In this document: positions 46,418 through 56,598 of the stretch, piece after piece
Layout: the number at the start of each line of letters is the position of its first letter
How positions within the stretch are numbered: the first letter of the stretch is position 1
Assembly (NCBI GenBank): GCA_965215195.1
Contig: CBDCDC010000001.1
Span: 896,001 to 960,000, forward strand
Reading direction: 5' to 3'
Origin: Candidatus Latescibacterota bacterium
Lineage (GTDB): Bacteria > Latescibacterota > UBA2968 > UBA8231
DNA: 64,000 nucleotides
Position numbers and translations under genes: made by a program
Notes under the pieces: model-generated
The model's database searches: none
Told to the model about the DNA's origin: nothing
What the model saw: the letters and a program-made list of their open reading frames with translations, nothing else

Positions 46418-48784
46418 ATGATCAATTTTCTCAAGCGGTACTTCCACTGGCTGCATACGCGGTGGCCAGCCGGCGTGGTGGAAAAATTGCCGCGAGTGGA
46501 TGAGCACGGGCAGAGCAACGTCCCTGGGCTGTACATCGTCGGCGACTTGACCGGGATCCCGCTGTTGAAGTTCTCGGCCGACACGGGTGCGCGGGCCGTG
46601 CAGCACATCGCGGCCGACGAGGCATTCCAGCGCGGCAAGGGGCAGGAGGATGTCTTGGACTTGGCGATTGTCGGCGCGGGCGTTTCCGGCATGTCCGCGG
46701 CCTTGGAGGCGCGGGAAGCCGGGTTGTCGTTTGTGCTTTTGGAGGCGACCGAGCCGTTTTCCACGCTGGTCAATTTCCCCAAGGGGAAGCCCATTTACAC
46801 CTATCCCACCGACATGGAGCCGGCCGGGCAGATCCGCTTTGCGGCCGAGGTCAAGGAACCGCTGATCGAGGAACTGCACGCGCAGACGCTCGCCCAAGGC
46901 ATTGAGCCGACTAGGGCGCGCGTCGAGCAGGTAAAGAGGCGGGGAGACCACTTTGAATTGGAGATCCCGCGCCAAGAGAATATCAAGGCCAGCCGCGTGA
47001 TCGTCGGGATCGGGCGCTCGGGCAACTTTCGCAAGCTAGGGGTGCCGGGCGAGAATTTGGACAAGGTCTTCAACCGCTTGCACGACCCGGTCGATTTCAG
47101 CGATAAAGACGTGCTGGTCGTTGGCGGCGGCGACAGCGCCTTAGAGGCGGCCATTGCCATCGCCCAATGCGGAGGGCGCGTGACCGTCTCCTACCGCAAA
47201 CCCGAGTTTTCCCGCCCCAAGCCCGAAAACGTCGAAAAGCTGAACATGCTCGCAGCCGATCCCATGGCCGACGTGGCCGTGGATACCCCTTCTTCCGAGC
47301 GGGTGACGACCAGCAGCGGGGCCTTTATGGAGGAGGGCCGGCAAGCGGGTTCGATCCGCCTGCTAATGGCCAGCCAAGTGCTGAGCATAGCGGAAGACGC
47401 GGTCGCGCTCAAAGACGCCGAGGGCCAACAACTGAGCCTGCCCAACGACGCGGTGTTTTCCATGATTGGGCGTGAGGCCCCGCTCGACTTTTTCAGGCGC
47501 AGCGGGGTAGAGATCAACGGCGAATGGCGACCGAGGCGTTGGCTGTCTTTGGGGCTGATCATGCTGGCGGCGGTCTTCGTCTATCACTGGAAAACCGATG
47601 CGGGCATCCCGGTCAAGAAGTGGTTCGACCAAGCCGATCTCTTCCCCTTCAACTTAGCGGCACCGCCAGCAGCCCATACCTTGTGGGATGCGGTGCATGT
47701 GTCGATGACTCAGCCGAGCTTCTACTACTCATTGGCCTATTGCCTGTGCGTCGTCCTATTCGGCGTACAGCGCATAAAGCGGCGACGCACGCCGTATATC
47801 AAGGTGCAGACGTTGACGCTAATGGCGATCCAGTGCATTCCGCTCTTTCTGCTGCCCTATGTGTTTTTGCCTTGGGCAGGGTACAATGGCTGGTTCGACG
47901 AGGGTGCTTGGCTCAAGCCGCTGGCCGACGCCTTGTTCCCCGAGTCGCAATGGGCTGAACACGGGCGCGAATACTGGCGCTCGCTGGGGCTGATCCTCGC
48001 TTGGCCGCTGTTCTTTTGGAACGTCTTCACCAGCGAGCCGCTGTGGTGGTGGCTGGCGATTAGCCTAGTGCAGACCTTCGTCATCATACCGCTGATCATC
48101 TACTTCTGGGGCAAAGGGGCGTACTGCGGCTGGATCTGCTCGTGCGGCGCACTGGCCGAAACCATGGGCGACGCGCACCGGCACAAGATGCCGCACGGCA
48201 TGGTGTGGAACAAGGTGAACATAGTGGGGCAAGTCGTGCTGCTGCTGGCTGGTGTGCTGCTCGTTTTGCGCCTAGTCGGCTGGGCTTTGCCGCACGATCA
48301 CTGGATCAATGGGTTCTACATGGGGCTATTTCTGGGCAAGGGCACGGACTGGGGCAACCTGCCCTTCCCGTTGACTTTTCTCAACTACGTGTGGTCGGTT
48401 GATCTGCTGCTGGCCGGCATATTAGGCGTCGGTCTGTACTGGCATTTCAGCGGCCGGGTGTGGTGCCGCTTCGCCTGCCCGCTGGCGGCCCTAATGCACA
48501 TCTACGCACGCTTCAGCCGCTTCCGCATCCTCGCCGACAAGAAAAAGTGCATCTCCTGCAATGTCTGCACTTCAGTGTGCCACCAAGGCATCGACATTAT
48601 GAACTTTGCCAACAAGGGGCTGCCCATGGCCGACCCGGAGTGCGTGCGCTGTAGTGCGTGTGTGCAGTCTTGCCCGACGGGTGTGCTGGAGTTTGGTCAG
48701 ATCGACAAAAGCGGCGAGGTGATAAAAACCGATGGGCTGGCGTCGTCGCCGGTGCGGATGCGGGAGGAGGGAACTAACCACTAG
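46418..48784 (+). CDS. Thioredoxin-reductase-like FAD/NAD(P) oxidoreductase fused to membrane polyferredoxin (NapH/RdxA-like)
   Basis: IVGAGVSG, VVGGGDSA, multiple TMs, YCGWICSCG, WCRFACP, two CxxCxxCxxxC motifs. Confidence 0.85.
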   Translation: MINFLKRYFHWLHTRWPAGVVEKLPRVDEHGQSNVPGLYIVGDLTGIPLLKFSADTGARAVQHIAADEAFQRGKGQEDVLDLAIVGAGVSGMSAALEAREAGLSFVLLEATEPFSTLVNFPKGKPIYTYPTDMEPAGQIRFAAEVKEPLIEELHAQTLAQGIEPTRARVEQVKRRGDHFELEIPRQENIKASRVIVGIGRSGNFRKLGVPGENLDKVFNRLHDPVDFSDKDVLVVGGGDSALEAAIAIAQCGGRVTVSYRKPEFSRPKPENVEKLNMLAADPMADVAVDTPSSERVTTSSGAFMEEGRQAGSIRLLMASQVLSIAEDAVALKDAEGQQLSLPNDAVFSMIGREAPLDFFRRSGVEINGEWRPRRWLSLGLIMLAAVFVYHWKTDAGIPVKKWFDQADLFPFNLAAPPAAHTLWDAVHVSMTQPSFYYSLAYCLCVVLFGVQRIKRRRTPYIKVQTLTLMAIQCIPLFLLPYVFLPWAGYNGWFDEGAWLKPLADALFPESQWAEHGREYWRSLGLILAWPLFFWNVFTSEPLWWWLAISLVQTFVIIPLIIYFWGKGAYCGWICSCGALAETMGDAHRHKMPHGMVWNKVNIVGQVVLLLAGVLLVLRLVGWALPHDHWINGFYMGLFLGKGTDWGNLPFPLTFLNYVWSVDLLLAGILGVGLYWHFSGRVWCRFACPLAALMHIYARFSRFRILADKKKCISCNVCTSVCHQGIDIMNFANKGLPMADPECVRCSACVQSCPTGVLEFGQIDKSGEVIKTDGLASSPVRMREEGTNH

Positions 48785-50237
48785 CGAGCACCTGCTCTAG
48801 CCGCTGGCAAAGCGTCTTGATGACCTTGAGGCGGGCGAAGCGCTTGTCGTTGCCCTCCACCAAGGTCCAAGGCGCGGCCGGGGTGTTCGTGCGAGCTACC
48901 ACGTCGTCCACAGCGGCCTCGTACTCGTCCCATTTCTCTCGGTTGCGCCAGTCTTCGTCGGTGATCTTCCAGCGCTTGTGCGGGGTCGCTTGACGCGCCT
49001 TGAAGCGCCGGAGTTGCTCGTCCTTGTCTATGTGAATCCAGTATTTGGCCACCACCGTGCCGTGGTCTGTTAGCTGCTCTTCAAAATCGTTGATCTCGCC
49101 GTACGCCCGCTGCCAAGCCGCTTCGTCGGCAAAGCCCTCGACGCGCTCGACCAGCACCCGGCCATACCAACTGCGGTCGAAAATCGCCATCCGACCTGCG
49201 CGCGGCAGGTGGCGCCAGAAGCGCCAGAGATAGTGTTGGGCGTGTTCCTCGTCCGTGGGGGCGGCGATCGGGATGATCTGATAGGTACAGGCGTTGAGGG
49301 CGGCAGTCAGGCGCTGGATGATTCCGCCCTTGCCCGCTGCATCGGCTCCCTCGAAAACCAAGACGGTCGAAACGCCTTTGCGGCGCGCCTGCTGGGTCAA
49401 GCGATAGAGCCGGCCTTGGTATCGCTCTAGCAGGGCTCGGTACTCCTGCTTGGACGCCCGCTTTTCCATGTCCAACTGGGTCCGCACTTGCGGCGCGGGC
49501 GGCCAGTCCGCAGCAACCAGCTTGGGGCGACTCTTTTGGGCCAAGCGCTGGCGGATGGCGTCGCGCACGGCGCGGCCCAACACCAACGTGTAGTGCGGGT
49601 GGCTGCCCGCGACGACCTGCCAATGAGCGCCGTTGACGTTGGTCTTGTGCAGTAAGCGGTCGGCGGCCCGTTTGAACTCGTCGTAGTACTTCAAGCCCTC
49701 TCTTGCGCCCGCGGTCACCCGCCAGCGGGTCAAGGGGTTTTGCTCCAAGGCCGCAATGCGCTTCTGCCGCACCTCTTTGTCCAAGTGAATCCACAACTTG
49801 ATCAACAGCGCACCATCGACGACGAGCGCGTTTTCAAAGGCCGCGATGCGGTCGCCATCGCAGTCAAAGGCCGCCTCATCGCTGCGCCCATGCGCTAGGT
49901 CGCGCAGCGGGCGGTCGTACCAGCCGTTCAAGTAGATGCCGATTGTTCCCTTCGGCGGCAGGGAGAGCCAATAGCGCCAGTATTCCGGGCGCTCGCGCTC
50001 CTCGGCGGACGGCGGTTCAAAGGCGCAAACCGCGACGCGGCGCGAGTCCATCCACTGCCTGAGCACGTTGCTCGCCTCGCTCGTACCAGTGCCGGCAAAA
50101 CCACCCACGACGATAAGAGTTGGAAACTGAGCTTGCTGCAACCGCTCTTGAGCCGCGAGCAGTTCCGTGCGCAGCTTGGCTTCGAGCTTCTTGTGTCGGC
50201 CGTTTGGAACGCTGCGCTCCAATTCGTTAGTTGCCAT
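48774..50237 (-). CDS. pap: Polyphosphate:AMP phosphotransferase (two-domain PPK2)
   Basis: FEGADAAGKGG, FDRSWYGRVLVERVEG, WKITDEDWRNR; N-terminal domain degenerate. Confidence 0.88.
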   Translation of the reverse strand: MATNELERSVPNGRHKKLEAKLRTELLAAQERLQQAQFPTLIVVGGFAGTGTSEASNVLRQWMDSRRVAVCAFEPPSAEERERPEYWRYWLSLPPKGTIGIYLNGWYDRPLRDLAHGRSDEAAFDCDGDRIAAFENALVVDGALLIKLWIHLDKEVRQKRIAALEQNPLTRWRVTAGAREGLKYYDEFKRAADRLLHKTNVNGAHWQVVAGSHPHYTLVLGRAVRDAIRQRLAQKSRPKLVAADWPPAPQVRTQLDMEKRASKQEYRALLERYQGRLYRLTQQARRKGVSTVLVFEGADAAGKGGIIQRLTAALNACTYQIIPIAAPTDEEHAQHYLWRFWRHLPRAGRMAIFDRSWYGRVLVERVEGFADEAAWQRAYGEINDFEEQLTDHGTVVAKYWIHIDKDEQLRRFKARQATPHKRWKITDEDWRNREKWDEYEAAVDDVVARTNTPAAPWTLVEGNDKRFARLKVIKTLCQRLEQVLASG

Positions 50238-50372
50238 GGAAAGCCTCTCTCCCTTACGAAAAATAGTGAAAAAATCACCGCGGATGTCCAGTCCGCAATC
50301 CGCAACGCACCAATTGCCGACCCCCGGGCAAAGCCGTAGATTTTTGTACCCTTTGGCAAAGGAGCCTTTGGC

Positions 50373-51623
50373 ATGGAAGTACTCGGTGGTCCGCTTTTTG
50401 GCGTTGCCGGAGCAGGAGAATCGCACGGCCCGGCCATTGTCACCACGGTCTTCGGCTGTCCCCCCGGCCTGTGGGTGGAGCGCGCCCAGATCCAGCACTA
50501 TCTCGACCGCCGCCGCCCCGGCGGCAACAAGCTGGGCACTCCCCGGCGAGAAGACGACCGGGTCGCCCTGCTGGCCGGCCTCTACTCAGAAGATCACGAC
50601 CAGCTCCTATCTGGCCCGGCCCTGCACTTGCACCTAGGCGAGGGCGAGACGCCGGTGCGAACCTATGAGGCCGGCTTCACTACGGGCGAGCCTATCGCCG
50701 CGGCCGTGCTCTCGGCCGCCAAGCGCTCGGGCGATTACAGGCAGTTCGCCGGGCCGCAGGGCCACGTCCGCCCCGGGCATACGGACCTCGTCAAGCACTA
50801 CAAATCGCGGGGGTTTGTCGATGGGCGCGGCGGCGGGCGTTCGAGCTATCGCTCGACCATCTCCGATGTCATCGGCGGCACCATCGCCCGCCTCTATCTG
50901 GCCAAACACTTCGGCACGGCCATTTTCTCTTCGATCTGCCAAGTCGGGCCGCTGGAGACGGGCATTTCCCTAGCGGCACGAGTCGCCGAACTAGTCGCCA
51001 AGGCCAACGGGCAGCCCTTGTCTCCCGCAGCGTGTGCCGCGCTCGAAGGCGAGCTGGAGCGCGGGCCGCTCCGCGCGGTGGATGCGGATTTCGCTCGCCA
51101 AGCGGCCGAACTGATTGCCAAGACCCGCAAGGACCAGGACTCCATCGGCGCCGCACTCGAAGTAGTGGCCGTCAACGTGCCCCCCCTCGTCGGCGAACCC
51201 CTGTACCAAAGCCTGAAGTTGCGCCTGATGGGCAGTCTCGGCGGCCTGCACGCCGTGCAAGCCTGCGAAATAGGCACTGGTCGTTCTGCCGCGGCGCACC
51301 GAGGCAGCGAGCACAACGATCCGATCCGCAAAGACGGGTACCAGAGCAACAGCCACGGCGGCCTGCTCGGCGGCGTGACGACCGGTATGCCGCTGGTGTG
51401 CCGCCTGAGTTTCAAGCCCACGGCCACCATCGCCCGGCCGCAAAATTCCGTGCGCAAGGACCTCCGAGAAATTGAGTTCCAGCTCGCCAAGGGCCGCCAC
51501 GATCCCTGTGTGGGAGTGCGCGCTGGTGCGACCCTAGAGTCGCGGCTGGCCATCGAGCTGATGAACGCCGTGCTCGCGCACCAAGCGCGCTGCATGGATG
51601 CGGGGAATTTCAAACTTTTCTAA
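50373..51623 (+). CDS. aroC: Chorismate synthase (divergent)
   Basis: GESHG, RRRPG, RPGH, GGGRSS, FKPT, GRHDPCV. Confidence 0.85.
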   Translation: MEVLGGPLFGVAGAGESHGPAIVTTVFGCPPGLWVERAQIQHYLDRRRPGGNKLGTPRREDDRVALLAGLYSEDHDQLLSGPALHLHLGEGETPVRTYEAGFTTGEPIAAAVLSAAKRSGDYRQFAGPQGHVRPGHTDLVKHYKSRGFVDGRGGGRSSYRSTISDVIGGTIARLYLAKHFGTAIFSSICQVGPLETGISLAARVAELVAKANGQPLSPAACAALEGELERGPLRAVDADFARQAAELIAKTRKDQDSIGAALEVVAVNVPPLVGEPLYQSLKLRLMGSLGGLHAVQACEIGTGRSAAAHRGSEHNDPIRKDGYQSNSHGGLLGGVTTGMPLVCRLSFKPTATIARPQNSVRKDLREIEFQLAKGRHDPCVGVRAGATLESRLAIELMNAVLAHQARCMDAGNFKLF

Positions 51624-52669
51624 TCTAGCGCCGGCATCTCCACGCCCAGTTCCGCCGCCACTGCGCCCATTTCATTCCAAGTGGGGTGGGGCAAATCAAT
51701 GCCTTCGACCAGCAGCCGCGCCCTAGTCTTCTGTTCGAGTTCGCCGGGCGCATAGACTTGCTCAAACCCGGGCAAGGGACGAGCCGAGCACACCCACTTG
51801 GCCATCTCTTCGACTTCGCGCTCGTACGAGTCCAAGTCGATAAAGTCCTCGATATTGATCGCCAGAACCATGATCCCGTTACCGCCGTTGCCGCCTTCTT
51901 TGGTGCAGCCAGCATGAGAGAGCGGCCCCACCAACATTTCCACCATCATCGCCAATCCACAGCCCTTGTGGCCAAACTGTAGGCCGCCCAACGGCAAGAC
52001 GCCCGTGCCCTCGGCGTCGTCTAAATAGCGCTGGGCGTCGGTGACGGGCTGGCCTTCCCGATCTATAACCCAACCTTCGGGCATTGGCTCCTCGCGAATG
52101 TTCTTCTGCACGATTTTGCCGCCGGCCACGACGGTCATGGTCATATCGAGCATGAAAGGCGGACCCTGTTGGCGCGGGGCGGAAAAGGCGATCGGCTCGG
52201 GACGCAGGCGGCGATCGGCCGAGCCAAAGGGCGCGAGGAAGAGGCCACCGCCATTGAGCCAAACCATGCCGATCATGCCCTTTGCGGCAATCCGCGGTGG
52301 ATAGTCGCCGAGGCGGCAGATATGGCTGACGTGGTTGAGGCCGACGAAGCCGAAGGTGGAGTTTTGGGCTTTTTCAACGGCAATGTCGAGGGCGCGATTG
52401 ACGGCGACGATGCCGTTGGCGCCCTTGCCGTTGATGACCCTGAGCACTGGGGTGTCGCGCACGACTTGGGTCTCTTCCCAGCGGACGTAGTTGTTCTGCA
52501 TACTGCGGGCGTAGTTGGGGACTAGCCAAGTGCCGTGGGAGTCGTGGCCGTGGAGGTGGCTTTCGACGACGTGGTCGGCGACGATGCGAGCGTCATCTGC
52601 GGGAATACCAGTAGCGGCAAAAATGCGATAGCAGAGGTCGTTGAGGACGTCGTGTTGGACTACGGGCAT
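51620..52669 (-). CDS. Ldh_2 family (malate/L-lactate/hydroxycarboxylate) dehydrogenase
   Basis: GHDSHG, HICRLG, LDMT, GHKGCGL, PGE. Confidence 0.85.
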   Translation of the reverse strand: MPVVQHDVLNDLCYRIFAATGIPADDARIVADHVVESHLHGHDSHGTWLVPNYARSMQNNYVRWEETQVVRDTPVLRVINGKGANGIVAVNRALDIAVEKAQNSTFGFVGLNHVSHICRLGDYPPRIAAKGMIGMVWLNGGGLFLAPFGSADRRLRPEPIAFSAPRQQGPPFMLDMTMTVVAGGKIVQKNIREEPMPEGWVIDREGQPVTDAQRYLDDAEGTGVLPLGGLQFGHKGCGLAMMVEMLVGPLSHAGCTKEGGNGGNGIMVLAINIEDFIDLDSYEREVEEMAKWVCSARPLPGFEQVYAPGELEQKTRARLLVEGIDLPHPTWNEMGAVAAELGVEMPALD

Positions 52670-52683
52670 GAGGAGTCCTTTTG

Positions 52684-53766
52684 CTAGGAAGTGTGCGCTT
52701 CCATCAGTTCGGCGAAGTAGCTAAATAGGTGGAAGCTATCGTGCGGGCCGGGCGAGGCCTCCGGGTGGCACTGGATAGAAAAAATGGGCAACTCTCGGTG
52801 GTGTAGGCCCTCAACGCAATTGTCGTTGAGGTTGAGGCGAGTGATTTCGAGGCAACTTGGCAACGAGTCGGCTGCAATGCCCCAGCCGTGGTTTTCAGAA
52901 GTGATCAGAATCCGGTCGCTGGCGCGTTCCTTGATCGGCTGATTGGCCCCACGGTGCCCGAATTTGAGGCGGTAGATTTCCGCGCCAAAGGCCAAGCCGA
53001 GAATCTCGTGCCCCAAGCAGATGCCGAAAATTGGCTTTTGGCCGATGAGGCCCTTACAAGTCGCGATCGCGTAGTCGAGGGGCCGGGGGTCGCCCGGGCC
53101 GTTGGAGAGAAAGACGCCGTCCGGCTCCAAGGCCAAGATCTCGTCGGCCGTGGTCTTGGCCGGCACGACCGTCACCTTGCATCCTGCGGCGACCAAGCAG
53201 CGGACGATGTTGCGCTTGATCCCGTAGTCTAGGGCGACGACGTGGAAGCGCGGGGCTTTGGGGCTTGCGACATAGGGCGCAGAGCAGCTAACCGCGGCGA
53301 CCATGTCCACACCAGTGAGCCCGGGCCAAGCGCGCGCCTTTTCGACTAAGCTGTGCGGGTCTAGATCTGTGGTGGAAATGGCGGCGTCCATCACGCCCTT
53401 GATGCGCACTCTGCGGGTCAGCTCGCGGGTGTCAATGCCCTCGATGCCGAGAACGCCGTGCTCTTCGAGGTACGCGGGCAAACTCTGGTGCGCGCGCCAG
53501 CTACTCGGCAGGCGGCAGCACTCCTTCATCAGGAAGCCGCGCACTTGGGGCCTCGCCGATTCATCGTCTTCGGGCGCGACTCCGTAGTTGCCTATAAGGG
53601 GGTACGTCATGGTGACGATCTGGCCGGCATAGGAGGGGTCCGTGAGAATTTCCTGATAGCCGGTCATGCTGGTATTGAAAACCATTTCGCCGAGGCACTC
53701 ACCCCCGCGGCCAAGGGCACGGCCCTCAAAGACGGTGCCGTCCGCGAGCGCAACGAGTGCTTTCAT
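52684..53766 (-). CDS. carA: Carbamoyl-phosphate synthase small subunit
   Basis: FNTSMTGYQEILTDPSY, SNGPGDP, GICLGH, HPEASPGPHD. Confidence 0.95.
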   Translation of the reverse strand: MKALVALADGTVFEGRALGRGGECLGEMVFNTSMTGYQEILTDPSYAGQIVTMTYPLIGNYGVAPEDDESARPQVRGFLMKECCRLPSSWRAHQSLPAYLEEHGVLGIEGIDTRELTRRVRIKGVMDAAISTTDLDPHSLVEKARAWPGLTGVDMVAAVSCSAPYVASPKAPRFHVVALDYGIKRNIVRCLVAAGCKVTVVPAKTTADEILALEPDGVFLSNGPGDPRPLDYAIATCKGLIGQKPIFGICLGHEILGLAFGAEIYRLKFGHRGANQPIKERASDRILITSENHGWGIAADSLPSCLEITRLNLNDNCVEGLHHRELPIFSIQCHPEASPGPHDSFHLFSYFAELMEAHTS

Positions 53767-53845
53767 CGTCCGTAGGTACTCCTTTTGAGAGGGTTTAATA
53801 GCGAGTAAAAATTTAGAAAAAAAAAGACGCGGTGAACAGGCGGCC

Positions 53846-54967
53846 TCATTCCGGTGCTGAGTCGGTCAGATCTTGGCGCTCCTGTCGCGCGTGCTCCTGC
53901 ATGTCGATGGCCGGATCGGATTCGTCGACGATTTCTTGGCCGACGATTTCTTCAATCACGTCCTCTAAGGTGACGATGCCGGCGAAACCGCCGTATTCAT
54001 CGACGACGGCAAAAAGGTGCGCGCGCCGCTGGATGAATTCTTCGAGCAGGCGGCTAGCCCGCGCCGACTCGGGCACCGAATGGATGGAGAGTCCTACCTC
54101 GAAGAGCTTGGCTTGGTCGCGGCCATCGGCCAAGGCGCTGAATACATCGCGCAGCAACACCAAGCCGACGATGTTTTCTCGCTTTCCCCGATAGAGGGGC
54201 ACCCGGCTGTGGGACCAGCTACCGGACTGCTGGCGGGCCTCGGCCAAGGTCAAGTCGCGGTCGAGGCAGTGTACTACTGTGCGCGGGGTCATAATATCGC
54301 GCGCCCGCAACTCGTTGAGCTTGAGGATGTTTTGGATGACGCGCTCTTGGTCGGGCGATATGGCGCCCGAGCGGCGGCTCATCTGAGCGGTAATTTCAAT
54401 CTCTTCCGGTGCCACCAGCGGCACGTCTGGAGCCCCGGCTGTGATGATCCGCACAATGAATTCGTTGAGCCAGATAAAGGGCGTAAACAGCCACACCAGC
54501 CATTGGATCGGGTGGGCGATCAACCGAGCCAAGGACCGGGCGTACACCACGCCCACCGTCTTGGGGAGGATCTCCGTAAAGATGAGTACTGCCAGCGAGA
54601 AGGCGATAGTGAAGTACGTCTCCGGCGTCTGCGGGAACACTCCGACAAAGGCGGCACCCGCGATGGTGGCACCGCCGGTATGAGCCAAGGTGTTCAGCGT
54701 GAGAATGGCCGAGATGGGGCGCTGGATATCCGCGTACAAGCTCTTGAGAATTTTGCCCGAAGTGCGCCCTTGGCTGGCCAGCATTTCGATCTGACTGGCT
54801 GGCAGCGAGTAGAGCGCGGCTTCCAAGAGCGAACAAACACAGGATACGACGAGGACGATGCTGACAGCTAGAATCAGCGCAAAGTAAGAGGAATCGCCCT
54901 CTATGGATGTTGGGTGGGGAAGGTGGCCGACGCTAGTGGCTAAAATCAACTCAAAGTCAGGAGACAT
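53846..54967 (-). CDS. CNNM/DUF21-CBS domain membrane protein
   Basis: CSLLEAA, EILPK, IMTPR, HSRVP, VVDEYGG..GIVTLEDVIEEIVG. Confidence 0.9.
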   Translation of the reverse strand: MSPDFELILATSVGHLPHPTSIEGDSSYFALILAVSIVLVVSCVCSLLEAALYSLPASQIEMLASQGRTSGKILKSLYADIQRPISAILTLNTLAHTGGATIAGAAFVGVFPQTPETYFTIAFSLAVLIFTEILPKTVGVVYARSLARLIAHPIQWLVWLFTPFIWLNEFIVRIITAGAPDVPLVAPEEIEITAQMSRRSGAISPDQERVIQNILKLNELRARDIMTPRTVVHCLDRDLTLAEARQQSGSWSHSRVPLYRGKRENIVGLVLLRDVFSALADGRDQAKLFEVGLSIHSVPESARASRLLEEFIQRRAHLFAVVDEYGGFAGIVTLEDVIEEIVGQEIVDESDPAIDMQEHARQERQDLTDSAPE

Positions 54968-54990
54968 AGACGCGAGGGCAATTTAACAAA

Positions 54991-55020
54991 GAGAGGGACT
55001 CCCCGCCGGGAATCCCTCTC
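54991..55020 (-). terminator. Intrinsic terminator downstream of the SWIB gene
   Basis: gagaggga.tccc...ggga.tccctctc with adjacent A-run. Confidence 0.6.
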
Positions 55021-55057
55021 CAATGGCACTGAGCTATAACGCCTTGCTCAGGAGTAG

Positions 55058-55519
55058 CTATTCCACGTGCTTACTAACCAGTTTGGTCAGCTCAAACATG
55101 CTCACTTGCCCCGCGTCGCCGAAGATGGCTTGGAGCTTGTCGTCGGCATTGATCATGCGCTTGTTTTGCTCGTCTTGCAGGCCATTCTTCTTGATGTACG
55201 CCCAGATTTTCTTGGTGATCTGAGTGCGCGGCAATGGCTTGTTGCCGACTATGGCCCCGAGGGCGTCGTCGGGCTGCAAGGGCCTCATAAAGGCGGGATT
55301 GGGCTTGCGCTTCGCCTTTTTCTTGGCAGCGGGTTTCTTCTTGGCGGCGGGTTTCTTGGCGGCGGGTTTCTTGGCAGCGGCTTTCTTAGGAACGGCCTTC
55401 TTGGCGGTAGCCTTCTTAGGAGCAGCCTTCTTGGCGGCGGCCTTCTTAGGAACGGCCTTCTTGGCGGTAGCCTTCTTAGCGGCGGGTTTCTTCTTGGCAA
55501 CAGGTTTTTTCTTCGCCAT
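55058..55519 (-). CDS. SWIB/MDM2-domain protein with histone H1-like Lys/Ala-rich N-terminus
   Basis: KKxxA pentapeptide repeats, then NPAFM...RTQITKKIWAYIKKNGLQD. Confidence 0.88.
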   Translation of the reverse strand: MAKKKPVAKKKPAAKKATAKKAVPKKAAAKKAAPKKATAKKAVPKKAAAKKPAAKKPAAKKKPAAKKKAKRKPNPAFMRPLQPDDALGAIVGNKPLPRTQITKKIWAYIKKNGLQDEQNKRMINADDKLQAIFGDAGQVSMFELTKLVSKHVE

Positions 55520-55791
55520 GCGAAATTCTCCTTTGGCTGATAGGGGTAACACCCGCAAAAGGGGGTTGAGAATTTGGCTTCTCGGCCTCTTCGGCCTCGT
55601 GCAGGTTAAGGCCGATTCTACCCGCTTTGTAAAACTACAATCAATATAGTACGAGGGCAGTATAAGTCAAGCAAAAATGTAGCTTTTTCATAGGAGAAAA
55701 CGCCTTCACTAAGGGCGTTTGACATAGTTTGCTAAAACGGCCATTTTAATTTTGCGCTTGGGATTTGTCGCATTTCGCAGCCTAAAAATTG

Positions 55792-56598
55792 ATGATCGAA
55801 AAGAGCAAATTGGGGTTTGTGGGCACCGGCAATATGGGGCGGGCGCTGATTGAGGGTTTGGTTGGCCAGCTTCCTGCGGGTCAGATAACCGCGGCCGACA
55901 TTAGGCCGGAAGCTCTCGCAGGCTTGTCGGCGTTGGGCGTCCACACCAGCACCGACGCCGCAGATGCCGTCCGCGGTCAGGACTTGGTAGTGTTGATGCT
56001 CAAGCCGCAAGTGGCCGCTCCGGTATTGCAGGCGCTGGTCGCGCACTTCAGCACCCAGCAGGTCGTCGTCTCGCTCATGGCTGGCATATCGACCGCCCGG
56101 CTCGAAGAGCTACTGCCCGCGCAAATGCCCGTGGTGCGCGTCATGCCGCAGACGCTGGTGAGGATTCGGGATGCGGCTTGCGCCCTTTGCGCCGGGCGCG
56201 CTGCCAGTGCCGAGCAGGTGGCGCAAGTGCGATCTCTCTTCGACTTGGTCGGCGCGACGGTCGAGGTCGCCGAAAACCTCATGGACGCCGTTACCGGGCT
56301 TTCCGGCAGCGGCCCGGCTTGGGCTTACACGGTCGTCGAGGCCCTCGTCGACGGCGGCGTACGCGCCGGCTTGCCGCGCGAAACCGCATTGACACTCGCC
56401 GCGCAAACCCTGCTCGGTGCCGCGCGCCTCGTGCTCGCAAGTGGCGAGCATCCAGCCGTGCTCAGGGACCAAGTTACTTCGCCGGGCGGCACGACGGCCG
56501 CAGGGCTGCACAAGCTAGAAGAAAAGGGCCTGCGCGACGCCCTGATCAGCGCCGTGCTGGCCGCCGCCGAGCGCTCGGCCGAGTTGGGGCAGTCGTGA
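55792..56598 (+). CDS. proC: Pyrroline-5-carboxylate reductase
   Basis: GTGNMG, RVMP, TGLSGSGPA, VTSPGGTT. Confidence 0.93.
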   Translation: MIEKSKLGFVGTGNMGRALIEGLVGQLPAGQITAADIRPEALAGLSALGVHTSTDAADAVRGQDLVVLMLKPQVAAPVLQALVAHFSTQQVVVSLMAGISTARLEELLPAQMPVVRVMPQTLVRIRDAACALCAGRAASAEQVAQVRSLFDLVGATVEVAENLMDAVTGLSGSGPAWAYTVVEALVDGGVRAGLPRETALTLAAQTLLGAARLVLASGEHPAVLRDQVTSPGGTTAAGLHKLEEKGLRDALISAVLAAAERSAELGQS

